Source: an uncultured Candidatus Peribacteria bacterium (GTDB taxonomy: Bacteria; Patescibacteriota; Gracilibacteria; UBA1369; 2-02-FULL-48-14). Taken from it: a DNA stretch of 46,064 bases. The position numbers and the translations under genes are program-made. The stretch's first letter is position 1. Each line of letters begins with the position of its first letter. Below the pieces are notes generated by a model, which saw only the letters and a program-made list of their open reading frames with translations, made no database searches and had not been told where the DNA came from. Shown here piece after piece: positions 1-7,768 of the stretch. Location of the stretch: positions 1 to 46,064 of the forward strand of contig CAYHTG010000003.1 of NCBI GenBank assembly GCA_964359495.1. Reading direction: 5' to 3'.

Positions 1-112
1 AGCAAAAGGAACAGAAAGGGTTAGTTCGAGCTTTCACGAAGGCATTTCATATAACTCGTTTCTAGACGAAAACACTTCGTATAACATACAGGGTTCTGTA
101 GGTTTTGCGAAG

Positions 113-631
113 TTGGAAGAATGCGAAAGGGAAACGAGTTGGACGAAGTGGCAAGCCAAAAGGCGACAATTCAGGAAAATTTCAGGTTTTTGTCAGGTGG
201 AAGCTGCTAGGCTTGAGTTTATGCGTGTTTACCAAACTAAGGCGGGCAAGTTGTCTGGAACGGACTTTCGTGAGGTTCGTCGGAAAGCTTTTGATATTTA
301 TCAAAAAATAAAGAAGAAGAGTAAAAGACAAACCTATGTGAGATCGGCGTACTTCAACAAGGAAAAAGTTTTCTTAACTTTGTTTTGGGCGCATCTTTTA
401 AGTAAAGAAAACTGGAGGGACCGTATGAGACGATTAAGATACTTTGGAGTCGCAATTGAGCTTCTTGAAAAAAGTAGGTTTGAACCGAAGTCGAAAGAGA
501 ATCCGAATAAGAGAAGTGAAATCTTCCATCGGTTCACTGGAATTACCAAAGATCGAGAAGTTTTTTACGTGCAGGTCAAAGAAAATAGAAAATCTGGCCA
601 AAAGTACTTCATTTCAGTCTTCCCGGGCTAA
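113..631 (+). CDS. hypothetical basic protein (172 aa) just upstream of the recombinase gene
   Basis: Longest ORF in the region, co-oriented with the tyrosine recombinase and 123 nt upstream of it. Lys/Arg-rich. No motif I can name. The tail ...REVFYVQVKENRKSGQKYFISVFP gives only a vague impression of small phage/toxin-associated nuclease-like proteins. Confidence 0.4.
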   Translation: MEECERETSWTKWQAKRRQFRKISGFCQVEAARLEFMRVYQTKAGKLSGTDFREVRRKAFDIYQKIKKKSKRQTYVRSAYFNKEKVFLTLFWAHLLSKENWRDRMRRLRYFGVAIELLEKSRFEPKSKENPNKRSEIFHRFTGITKDREVFYVQVKENRKSGQKYFISVFPG

Positions 632-754
632 AAGAAAAAGCCTTCCGCTAAGCGTAGTATATGAACTACAGGCCGAAAGCTTCTTCACCTCAATTGTAGC
701 TATGAATAAAAAAAAAGCAAATTTATAAAAAAAGTACTTCATAACCCTTAAAAC

Positions 755-1567
755 ATGAACCTTCAAGAAGCTCTGGAAAGTCTAAAACAGGAATTGAAAT
801 TGAGAAATTATAGCCCTAAAACTATCGAAGCTTATTGGGGCTGTGTGAACAGTTATATGAGAGGAGGAGGTGGTTTGGGTTCGGATGTTTCTCATGTTAA
901 AAGTTTTTTGGAGTCCAAGTTGGATGCAGGGGCGGCGCCGGAAACGGTGAATCTTTATTTGAATGCGCTAAAGTTTTTTTATAGGGAGATTTTAAAAGGT
1001 CGGAGGGAAATTGAGCTGAAATTTGCGCGACGAAATTTGCGATTGCCGGTGGTTTTAAGCAGAGAGGAAATTCAAAGGATTTTGGGCGTTATTAAAAATA
1101 AGAAACATAACGTTTTGGTTGCCTTGGCCTATGGAGCGGGACTTCGGGTTAGTGAAGTGGTGAGCCTACGCGTGAGGGATATTGATTTTGAAAGGAATAT
1201 GATTTATGTACGGGGGGGGAAAGGTGGAAAAGATCGGGTAGCTTTGTTGCCGGAAAAATTGTTGATTGAATTGAAGGGACTTGTGGAGGGTAGGAAAGGA
1301 GAAGTTTTTGTCTTTGAGAGCGAAAGAGGAGGGAAGCTTACGTCACGAACGGCTCAGAAGGTTTTTGAGGTGGCTTTGCGGCGTGCAAACCTTCAAAAGG
1401 CGGCGAGTTTCCATTCTTTGAGGCACAGTTTTGCCACGCACTGTTTAGAAAATGGAGTGGATATTCGTTATGTACAAACTCTCTTGGGGCACAACAACAT
1501 TCGTACGACTCAGCGCTACACGCAGGTGAGTGAGAATCGTCTTAGCGGGATTCAAAGCCCTTTATAA
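755..1567 (+). CDS. tyrosine recombinase / integrase, XerC/XerD-like
   Basis: N-terminal SAM-like core-binding region (ETVNLYLNALKFFY). Catalytic-domain motifs: AYGAGLRVSEVVSLRVRDI (Arg I), HSLRHSFATHCLENG (H-x-x-R), LLGHNNIRTTQRYTQV (His, Tyr nucleophile). Confidence 0.9.
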   Translation: MNLQEALESLKQELKLRNYSPKTIEAYWGCVNSYMRGGGGLGSDVSHVKSFLESKLDAGAAPETVNLYLNALKFFYREILKGRREIELKFARRNLRLPVVLSREEIQRILGVIKNKKHNVLVALAYGAGLRVSEVVSLRVRDIDFERNMIYVRGGKGGKDRVALLPEKLLIELKGLVEGRKGEVFVFESERGGKLTSRTAQKVFEVALRRANLQKAASFHSLRHSFATHCLENGVDIRYVQTLLGHNNIRTTQRYTQVSENRLSGIQSPL

Positions 1568-1596
1568 AAATGTCAAACTTCAATTCCTAATGTCTT

Positions 1597-3036
1597 ATGA
1601 TCCTTCCTCTCCTTTGTGCACTGCTATTCCTGGCTGCCGTTCTCGTGGCGGTTTTGACAGGGCTGAGTCTGCCTTCATGGGGTTTTGTGGTGACGGGGAT
1701 TTTCTTGTTTAAGCGACCGGTTTGGGCGGCGGTTTTATTTGCGATTTTGTTTGGATTTTGGCGAGTGGAATTTTATGAAATGCAAGTACCGGTGAATCCT
1801 GCGGTGGGGGAGTTTGTGAGCCTGGATGGAGTCGTTGCCGAAGAGGTGGATTTGCGAGTGGATCATCAGAAAATTACGGTTGAAACCGAGGAAGGTCGAG
1901 TGCTGGTGAAGTTGGGCTTGTATGAAGAAGTTAAGTTCGGGGACACGGTGCGAGTGGAAGGATTTTTGGAAAGGCCTTACGAAGGCGAAGAGTTTTCCTA
2001 TGGAAATTATTTGGCGCGCTATCGCACGTGGCTGGTGATGAATCGGGCGCGTGTGGAAGTGCTGGAAGAGGCGGGTTTTTCAGTGAGGGGCGCTTTGTAT
2101 GATTTCAAAAGTTTGCTTCAATGGCGCATCAATCGTTTGTATTTTGAGCCCGAAGCAAGCTTTGTTTCCGGGCTTTTATTGGGAAGTAGAAAAGGGATGC
2201 CGGAAGATTTGACACTGGCGTTTCAAAAAGTGGGACTCACGCACATTGTGGCGGTTTCCGGCTACAACATCAGTCTTGTGATTGCCGTGATTTTTACTTT
2301 GCTTTCCTTCCTTCCATTCAAACGACGTATTGCGGCTTCGGTGACGGCGGTGATTTTATTTGTGATTTTTGTGGGCGCGTCTTCGGCGGCGGTGCGGGCG
2401 GGATTTATGGGCTGCCTCACGATGTGGGGACTCTACGCGGGACGGCGGAGTCAGGCGTATTTTGCACTTCTTTGGAGCGCGGTGGGAATGACTTTATGGA
2501 ACCCATATATTTTGGTTTTTGACATTGGATTCCAACTCTCGGTGTTGTCTACGTTTGGGCTTTTGACTTTGGTGCCGATTTTGGAAGCTTGGATGCCGCA
2601 ATGGGAGAGGGGGAAATTTTTACGCGAAGCCTTTTTGCTTACACTCAGCGCACAAATCGCGACCTTCCCACTCATGGTTTTTTACTTCGGTCGGATTTCT
2701 TTGGTGGCGCCCATTGTGAATGTTTTGGTGGCTCCATTTATTCCCTTGGCGATGCTGTTTTCGGGGGCTTCCTTATTGCTGGGTTTGCCGGCGGCTTTGG
2801 TTGCAAATTTTTACTTGGAACTTATGGAAGGACTTGCTGTGGCATTTGCAAAATTGCCCTTTGCGGACACGGCTTTGAAGTTTGGTGCGACGGCTTTTGC
2901 CTTGAGTCTCGCGGTTTTTTTCGGGGGTCTTATTATTTCTTATAAATCCACACTGGCCCGAGCCTTTCAACTTCCAGGCGTGGGAGTTTTTTCCAGGGTT
3001 CGAGCCCCTCAATGCGAAAAGCGTGAGACACAATAA
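1597..3036 (+). CDS. comEC: ComEC/Rec2 family competence channel protein (competence domain only, no C-terminal metallo-beta-lactamase domain)
   Basis: Polytopic membrane protein with an N-terminal OB-like/DUF4131-type soluble loop and the signature GLTHIVAVSGYNISLV. Its last ~104 nt overlap the convergent methyltransferase gene. Confidence 0.85.
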   Translation: MILPLLCALLFLAAVLVAVLTGLSLPSWGFVVTGIFLFKRPVWAAVLFAILFGFWRVEFYEMQVPVNPAVGEFVSLDGVVAEEVDLRVDHQKITVETEEGRVLVKLGLYEEVKFGDTVRVEGFLERPYEGEEFSYGNYLARYRTWLVMNRARVEVLEEAGFSVRGALYDFKSLLQWRINRLYFEPEASFVSGLLLGSRKGMPEDLTLAFQKVGLTHIVAVSGYNISLVIAVIFTLLSFLPFKRRIAASVTAVILFVIFVGASSAAVRAGFMGCLTMWGLYAGRRSQAYFALLWSAVGMTLWNPYILVFDIGFQLSVLSTFGLLTLVPILEAWMPQWERGKFLREAFLLTLSAQIATFPLMVFYFGRISLVAPIVNVLVAPFIPLAMLFSGASLLLGLPAALVANFYLELMEGLAVAFAKLPFADTALKFGATAFALSLAVFFGGLIISYKSTLARAFQLPGVGVFSRVRAPQCEKRETQ

Positions 3037-3481
3037 GGGCGCCGGGTTTGAGTTGCGGAAGGAGGTGTAGCTTCATCCTGTTCATGGAGTGATTGAGCAA
3101 GTAGCAAAAAATCACATCGGCGTCACTGAGGTCTTTTTTCCAAAAATTTCCAAAGCGGAGCTTGGCCTTGCTACGCCAAAAAATACTGAGGAATTTCGCC
3201 CACAGCCACACCAGCGGTGAGAATTCATAACCCACGGCATCAACCTTGTAGAGCTTCGCGGCTTTGTGCACCAGTCGTCCGTCGCCACTTCCCAAGTCGT
3301 AAACCTTCATGCCGGGCTTGAGGTTCGCGGCCTTGAGCATGCGCTCCACTTGCGCCATTTCTGTCGGCACAAAAGGCGCACCGGCAATCATGGCATAGGT
3401 CGTTGGGATGAGCAGAATCGCGTAGCTGATGAGCTCGATGGTGGAGAATCGAGTAAGAATCATTGCTAAAGAAAAGTTCAC
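2933..3481 (-). CDS. class I SAM-dependent methyltransferase with N-terminal membrane anchor
   Basis: Motif I VYDLGSGDGRLVHKAA, followed by AVGYEFSP (motif II-like) and ADVIFCYL (motif III-like). Confidence 0.7.
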   Translation of the reverse strand: MNFSLAMILTRFSTIELISYAILLIPTTYAMIAGAPFVPTEMAQVERMLKAANLKPGMKVYDLGSGDGRLVHKAAKLYKVDAVGYEFSPLVWLWAKFLSIFWRSKAKLRFGNFWKKDLSDADVIFCYLLNHSMNRMKLHLLPQLKPGALIVSHAFRIEGLEPWKKLPRLEVERLGPVWIYKK

Positions 3482-3575
3482 GAGCTAAGATACAGTAAAA
3501 TCCACGCATGGAATACCTCATCTTTACGGCTTTGCTCCTTGTTGGATTTCCTTATCTTCTTAACGCCCTCCACAC

Positions 3576-3995
3576 ATGCTATTCTTCAAAAGCAAGACGC
3601 TCTCGCATCGCCAAACAGCGATGATTGGTTTTGTCCTCGCTATTATTTCTTTGCTCGTTACCGCGTTCACCGTTTTTGTTTTTCCTTTGTTCGGTGCATG
3701 GCTGAATGTGAATGGGGTGTATGACCTCGACCTCTTCTTGCTCGCGTTCTTTTTCACAGTTTTCTGTTCGCTTCAAGGGCTTTTACTTTTTGGATTTCCG
3801 CTTTACTACGCTCAGGACAAAAAGAGCCACATGTCTGGTTTTCAAATCATGATTTACACGCTCAGCTGGATGATTCTTTTGGTTTTGCTCGTGGGTGCTT
3901 TCATGGTCCCTTTGAAATCGCAAGAGTCTTTCACACTGGAAGATTTGGAATCTTTTGAGGAATCCTTACAAGTTCCTGTAGTGGACGTGGAATAG
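3576..3995 (+). CDS. hypothetical integral membrane protein
   Basis: ORF with 3-4 hydrophobic helices and an acidic tail, followed by an intrinsic terminator. The start is uncertain (an internal Met, MIGFVL..., is also possible). Confidence 0.45.
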   Translation: MLFFKSKTLSHRQTAMIGFVLAIISLLVTAFTVFVFPLFGAWLNVNGVYDLDLFLLAFFFTVFCSLQGLLLFGFPLYYAQDKKSHMSGFQIMIYTLSWMILLVLLVGAFMVPLKSQESFTLEDLESFEESLQVPVVDVE

Positions 3996-4013
3996 TCCAG
4001 GTCAAAAGAGCCT

Positions 4014-4044
4014 AAAAAAGCCGTCTCAATTGAGACTGCTTTTA
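4014..4044. terminator. bidirectional rho-independent terminator between convergent genes
   Basis: Hairpin AGCCGTCTCA-AT-TGAGACTGCT (core GTCTCA/TGAGAC perfect), flanked by an A6 run on the 5' side and a T4 run on the 3' side, so it reads as stem plus U-tract on both strands. Confidence 0.55.
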
Positions 4045-4087
4045 AAAATTGCTCTTTTTTGTAGAGCACTACGCTACGCTCCGTGTG

Positions 4088-4285
4088 TTATCCCTTCTTG
4101 AGCATAGGAAGTCCGGTGCGAGGATTTTCCGTCTTCACGTATCCTGCAGGAAGTGAATCGAGCGCATCGGCTTTTACCGTGCGAGCGAAGTAATAAATTT
4201 GTTGCTTGCGTCCTCCGCGAAGCGTAACCATCTTACCGTGAAGGTAGTAGGTTTGTCCTTTCTTGTTTTGGACTGTATATGCCAT
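4088..4285 (-). CDS. small conserved-looking hypothetical protein (65 aa)
   Basis: Clean ORF (MAYTVQNKKGQTYYLHGKMVTLRGG...) ending at the bidirectional terminator. No assignable family. Confidence 0.5.
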   Translation of the reverse strand: MAYTVQNKKGQTYYLHGKMVTLRGGRKQQIYYFARTVKADALDSLPAGYVKTENPRTGLPMLKKG

Positions 4286-4532
4286 AAACAGGTAGGGTTA
4301 GGGGGTAAACTGACCGAATTATATCAGGTTTGTACAGGTTGGGAAGGGGATCGGCTTGCAAAATCGATGGATTATTGTCCTTTTCAGATCAAATTCAGGC
4401 CGGATCCCACTACTTTTTTGAGGGTTTTTTGTTGTAACTAAGCCACTTTCACCCCAATATAAGCTCCAATCTCAAGGATTGAGATGAGTCTGCTAAGCGA
4501 GAAAGTGGCGGAAGCCACAACAATAGTAGATA

Positions 4533-4560
4533 TTGACTTCAAAAAAGCAGACCATATACT
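4533..4560 (+). promoter_or_regulatory. sigma70-type promoter candidate for tRNA-Glu
   Basis: TTGACT (4533-4538), 16-nt spacer, TATACT (4555-4560), about 54 nt upstream of the mature tRNA 5' end. Confidence 0.5.
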
Positions 4561-4613
4561 AGTCGTGCTCTTTTAGCTTAGCTCAGCTCAACTCAGGCTG
4601 TGCTGCGCACAGT

Positions 4614-4688
4614 GGTCCCATCGTCTAACGGTTAGGACAGCAGGTTTTCATCCTGTAAATCGGAGTTCGATTCTCCGTGGGATCACCA
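4614..4688 (+). tRNA. tRNA-Glu (anticodon UUC), CCA encoded
   Basis: Manual cloverleaf: acceptor GGTCCCA/TGGGATC, D arm GTCT..GGAC, anticodon stem GCAGG/CCTGT with loop TTTTCAT (anticodon TTC), T arm CGGAG-TTCGATT-CTCCG, discriminator A, then CCA. Total 75 nt. Confidence 0.93.
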
Positions 4689-4732
4689 TACTGCACGAAG
4701 TGCAGCTTACAAAAGGCGAGCTTACAAATAGA

Positions 4733-5287
4733 TCACTCGCTCACCAGCAAAACCCCGGTAACTTCTCGGTCGCCTTGATAGAAGTTTCCTAGCTTTAGAA
4801 CACGCCGGTTCTTATCGGGTTTGGAGGCGTACCAGCCGACTTGACGAGGTTCTTCAATGAGTTGACCGGGCTGTAGGAGAAACCCATTTCCATTCCCAAA
4901 CTCATTGATGGCGTGAGCAGCAGTAGGAAAGTAGTATCGGCTTGTGCCCAGATGGGCCGTTTGTTCCGGGTCGGGGCGAGGACGCATATCAAACTTTGTG
5001 AGTGCATTTTTTAAAAAGGGTGTTCGAGCTTCGTTGCCAAGGTTCATCACTCCAAAATGAGCGGCACGGAGAATATTCAGGATATAAGTCAGTTCTTCTC
5101 GGTCGACTCTAATTTCACCTTCATGGCGATGTTCATATGGACTGGCTTTTTGTGCCCAGGTTGCGTAATTCAAAATCGCTGTACGACCTGGTCCTATCAT
5201 TCCGGTGGGTTCCGGAGTCAGGTCCCATGCGAAGTCACTCAAACGCATTCTCTCGAGCAACTTTTCTGGAATTCTATCTATAGGCAT
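4733..5287 (-). CDS. hypothetical protein (184 aa)
   Basis: Long uninterrupted ORF with non-repetitive composition. No recognisable motif. Confidence 0.55.
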   Translation of the reverse strand: MPIDRIPEKLLERMRLSDFAWDLTPEPTGMIGPGRTAILNYATWAQKASPYEHRHEGEIRVDREELTYILNILRAAHFGVMNLGNEARTPFLKNALTKFDMRPRPDPEQTAHLGTSRYYFPTAAHAINEFGNGNGFLLQPGQLIEEPRQVGWYASKPDKNRRVLKLGNFYQGDREVTGVLLVSE

Positions 5288-5349
5288 TTGAGCTTTAAAA
5301 GAGAGTAGTTTAGCATAAACTGGACATTTCCTTCCAGTGAATTTATTCT

Positions 5350-5664
5350 GTGACTATGAAGGCTCTCAAAAAAGTCGCGCTTCCTTTGCTGCTCATCGGC
5401 GTTATTCTTACGCTTTATCTGATTTGGCGGATTCTGGATTTGCCGCCTGAAAGTGAGCTCATGGCCATTGCCGAGGATTACTATAATAGGTATGGCCTTC
5501 TTACGGTTTTCTTTAGTGCCATTGTGGAAGGCCTCATTTTAGTGGGCATGTATTATCCGGGCAGTTTGGTGATTTTTCCTTTTGTCCTTCACCATTGGTA
5601 CCGCTTGGAGTGTGTTTTGGGGGGGTGCTCATTTACTTCCTTGGCGAAGCCTCGCTCAGCGTGA
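5350..5664 (+). CDS. DedA/VTT-like small membrane protein, apparently truncated or frameshifted at a G7 tract
   Basis: Signal-anchor helix, then a DedA-like motif YGLLTVFFSAIVEGLILVGMYYPGSLVI. After the G7 run (5619-5625) the ORF frame becomes non-membrane-like and stops at 5664. The +1 frame continues as a plausible helix (VLIYFLGEASLSVIGLRFVLVALVLWIFF...) to a stop at 5754-5756. Confidence 0.45.
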   Translation: MTMKALKKVALPLLLIGVILTLYLIWRILDLPPESELMAIAEDYYNRYGLLTVFFSAIVEGLILVGMYYPGSLVIFPFVLHHWYRLECVLGGCSFTSLAKPRSA

Positions 5665-5803
5665 TTGGCCTTCGTTTTGTTCTTGTTGCTCTGGTGCTTT
5701 GGATTTTCTTTCGCTTGGTTTTCTCGCGATCCGCCGGCCAAACTAAGCGACTATGAAAGCCCGTTTTTTTGTGCAATAATTTTGCCGGCTCTAACCCCGC
5801 ATC

Positions 5804-6685
5804 ATGAAAATCTTTAAATTTCTGGCTCTGTTTACGCTCTTTGCCTTCTTGACCGGTTGTGGTTTTTTTAAGTCGGCGGAAGTTGGGTACCTCGATGAAT
5901 ATTCAACGGGTAGTTCCTACGAATATGATTATGATGATTTGATGGTTGAGAGTGAAAGCTCTTACACGGAGCGCAGTCTCAGCTCTGTTGTGGACGATGG
6001 TGGTTTTGTTGAAGGAGTGGAGCAAAAAATCATTCGAACGGGCGATTTGAGTTTGCATGTGGAAGATGTGCGCGAATCGGTGGAGGCCATTAGAGCTCTA
6101 GTGACGGGATGGGGAGGCGATGTGAGCGACTCCGAGGTGACGCGTTATGACACCTCCTACTACGGCTATTTAACTCTTCGTGTTCCTTCCGAGCAATTCG
6201 ACACCGCTATGCTTGCTCTCAAAGAGTTCGCCGTCTACGTGAATTCCGAATACACCAATGCTCAAAACATAACGGACACTTATATTGATATGCAGGCTCG
6301 CCTGGGAAATATGAAAGCCGAGGAGAAACAGTATTTAGATATTTTGGATCAAGCGGTGACCGTGGAGGAAATCCTTCTGGTGACCGATTATCTTTCTGCG
6401 GTTCGAGGCGAGATTGAAAGCACTGAAGCGCAACTCCAGTACTACGATTCGCAAGTGGACTATTCCACTATTAATTTAGCCCTAACCGAGGATGAAAGCA
6501 TCGCGGTGGCCAAAGAAAACTGGCGCCCGATAGGTACGATTAAAGATGCCCTCAGCGATTGGATTGTCTTCCTCCAAGGCTTCGTGGACTTTGGGATTTA
6601 CTTATTGATTTTCGGTTGGCCATTCGTACTCGTTTTGTGGGGCGTTTGGGTTTGGATTCGCAAGTGGAACAAAAAACGCAAGTAA
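5804..6685 (+). CDS. DUF4349-like lipoprotein with C-terminal membrane anchor
   Basis: Lipobox LTGC at residues 16-19. The segment KIIRTGDLSLHVEDVRESVEAIRALV, the coiled-coil middle and the C-terminal TM helix are typical of the DUF4349 family as I remember it. Confidence 0.7.
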   Translation: MKIFKFLALFTLFAFLTGCGFFKSAEVGYLDEYSTGSSYEYDYDDLMVESESSYTERSLSSVVDDGGFVEGVEQKIIRTGDLSLHVEDVRESVEAIRALVTGWGGDVSDSEVTRYDTSYYGYLTLRVPSEQFDTAMLALKEFAVYVNSEYTNAQNITDTYIDMQARLGNMKAEEKQYLDILDQAVTVEEILLVTDYLSAVRGEIESTEAQLQYYDSQVDYSTINLALTEDESIAVAKENWRPIGTIKDALSDWIVFLQGFVDFGIYLLIFGWPFVLVLWGVWVWIRKWNKKRK

Positions 6686-6692
6686 TTACTTT

Positions 6693-6789
6693 GAAACTCC
6701 ACTTTTCTTGGATCTAAGGGACGATTCTTCAGTACAGAACCAGACTTTGGTACTTCAGAATCCTCCCTTAGATCGAAAAGTGGAGTTTC
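6693..6789. repeat. palindromic hairpin element, copy A (97 nt)
   Basis: Arms GAAACTCCACTTTTC-(TTG bulge)-GATCTAAGGGA pair with TCCCTTAGATC-GAAAAGTGGAGTTTC. Inner stem GATTCTTCAGTAC/GTACTTCAGAATC pairs 11 of 13. Apical sequence CAGAACCAGACTTTGGT. Same architecture as 13685-13769. Confidence 0.75.
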
Positions 6790-7427
6790 AGACTTTCTTT
6801 GGGTTTTGTTTTTCCGGGCCACTGGCAGAGTTCGTAGAGTGGGCAGGCCCCGCATTTGGGCTTGTAGGCCGTGCAGGTTTTGCGGCCGTGAAAAATCAGT
6901 TGTAAATGAAGGCGTGACCAGTGTTCTTTGGGAATGGCTGCTTTCAGTTGGCGTTCGGTTTTGTCTCGGTTTGATCCGGAGTTGGCCAGGCCCAGGCGGT
7001 TTGCAACGCGATGGATATGCGTGTCCACAGGAAAAGCGGGCAGGCCAAACCATTGAGCTTGCACCACTTGGGCGGTTTTATTGCCTACGCCGGGCAGCGC
7101 CGTGAGACTTTCCAAGTCGGAGGGGACTTTACGGCCTTTCAGGGCTGAGGCAGAGCCAATTAGAGCTTTTGTTTTGCTATTAAAATAACCTGTGGGGCGA
7201 ATGATTTCACGCACGTTTTCTTCCCCCAAAGCAAGAATGTCTTCAGGCGTGCAAGGGCGGTCCTTCGGAAAGAGCTTGGGCGTTATGGTGTTCACGCGCG
7301 CATCCGTGCATTGAGCGGAAAGAATGGTGGAAACGAGCAGCTCAAAAGCATTGCGATGACGAAGAGAGGGCTCGGGACTAGGGAACTCCCGATCAAGGAT
7401 TACGAGCATACGTGCTTTCTTCAACAT
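6768..7427 (-). CDS. nth: endonuclease III (DNA glycosylase/AP lyase)
   Basis: HhH-GPD region LTALPGVGNKTAQVV, catalytic-region DTHIHRVANRLGL, and the C-terminal 4Fe-4S cluster loop CTAYKPKCGACPLYELC. The last 7 codons and the stop lie inside repeat copy A. Confidence 0.92.
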   Translation of the reverse strand: MLKKARMLVILDREFPSPEPSLRHRNAFELLVSTILSAQCTDARVNTITPKLFPKDRPCTPEDILALGEENVREIIRPTGYFNSKTKALIGSASALKGRKVPSDLESLTALPGVGNKTAQVVQAQWFGLPAFPVDTHIHRVANRLGLANSGSNRDKTERQLKAAIPKEHWSRLHLQLIFHGRKTCTAYKPKCGACPLYELCQWPGKTKPKESLKLHFSI

Positions 7428-7752
7428 AGGAGAATGTATTGGACTCGGCCACTTGCATCTTTCGAAGCACTTCGCTGTTGGACAAGTTTAAGAAGGACTG
7501 AGCCTCAATCACTTGTCGGTCGAGTTTTCTTAGGTCGGATTGCAGGGATTCGTGGTCGAGCTGTAATTGTTTCAATTCGTAGCCTTTTGCCGGTTTTAGG
7601 CTATTTGTATAGAGGTAGGTGGTGGTTGTGGCAATTATGAGTACGAGAAGAGTCAGGCCGAGTAGCCGAAAGGTACCACGGACTTCTTCAGATAGAGGAT
7701 GCCGTTTGCGTCTCCACTTTAAAGGACGAACTGCGTGCGTGAGGGGATCCAT
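7393..7752 (-). CDS. FtsL/DivIC-like bitopic membrane protein (hypothetical)
   Basis: Basic N-terminus, a single TM helix (LLGLTLLVLIIATTTT), then a coiled-coil-like segment (LKQLQLDHESLQSDLRKLDRQVIEA). Overlaps the nth start by 35 nt. Confidence 0.45.
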   Translation of the reverse strand: MDPLTHAVRPLKWRRKRHPLSEEVRGTFRLLGLTLLVLIIATTTTYLYTNSLKPAKGYELKQLQLDHESLQSDLRKLDRQVIEAQSFLNLSNSEVLRKMQVAESNTFSYVEESTYARNP

Positions 7753-7768
7753 CGCGTTCAGTCTAGTC

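Noticed and set aside
30-110. loxP-like words (ACTTCGTATAAC, CATATAACTCGT) near the recombinase
   Set aside because: These are only partial matches with no clear 13-8-13 inverted-repeat architecture, and they lie at the window edge. I mention them under the recombinase finding but do not call them a site.
598-745. 13-nt direct repeat AAAAGTACTTCAT at about 599 and about 729, flanking the gap before the recombinase gene
   Set aside because: It is short and AT-rich, one copy is inside the upstream ORF, and a chance match is plausible. There is no supporting structure.
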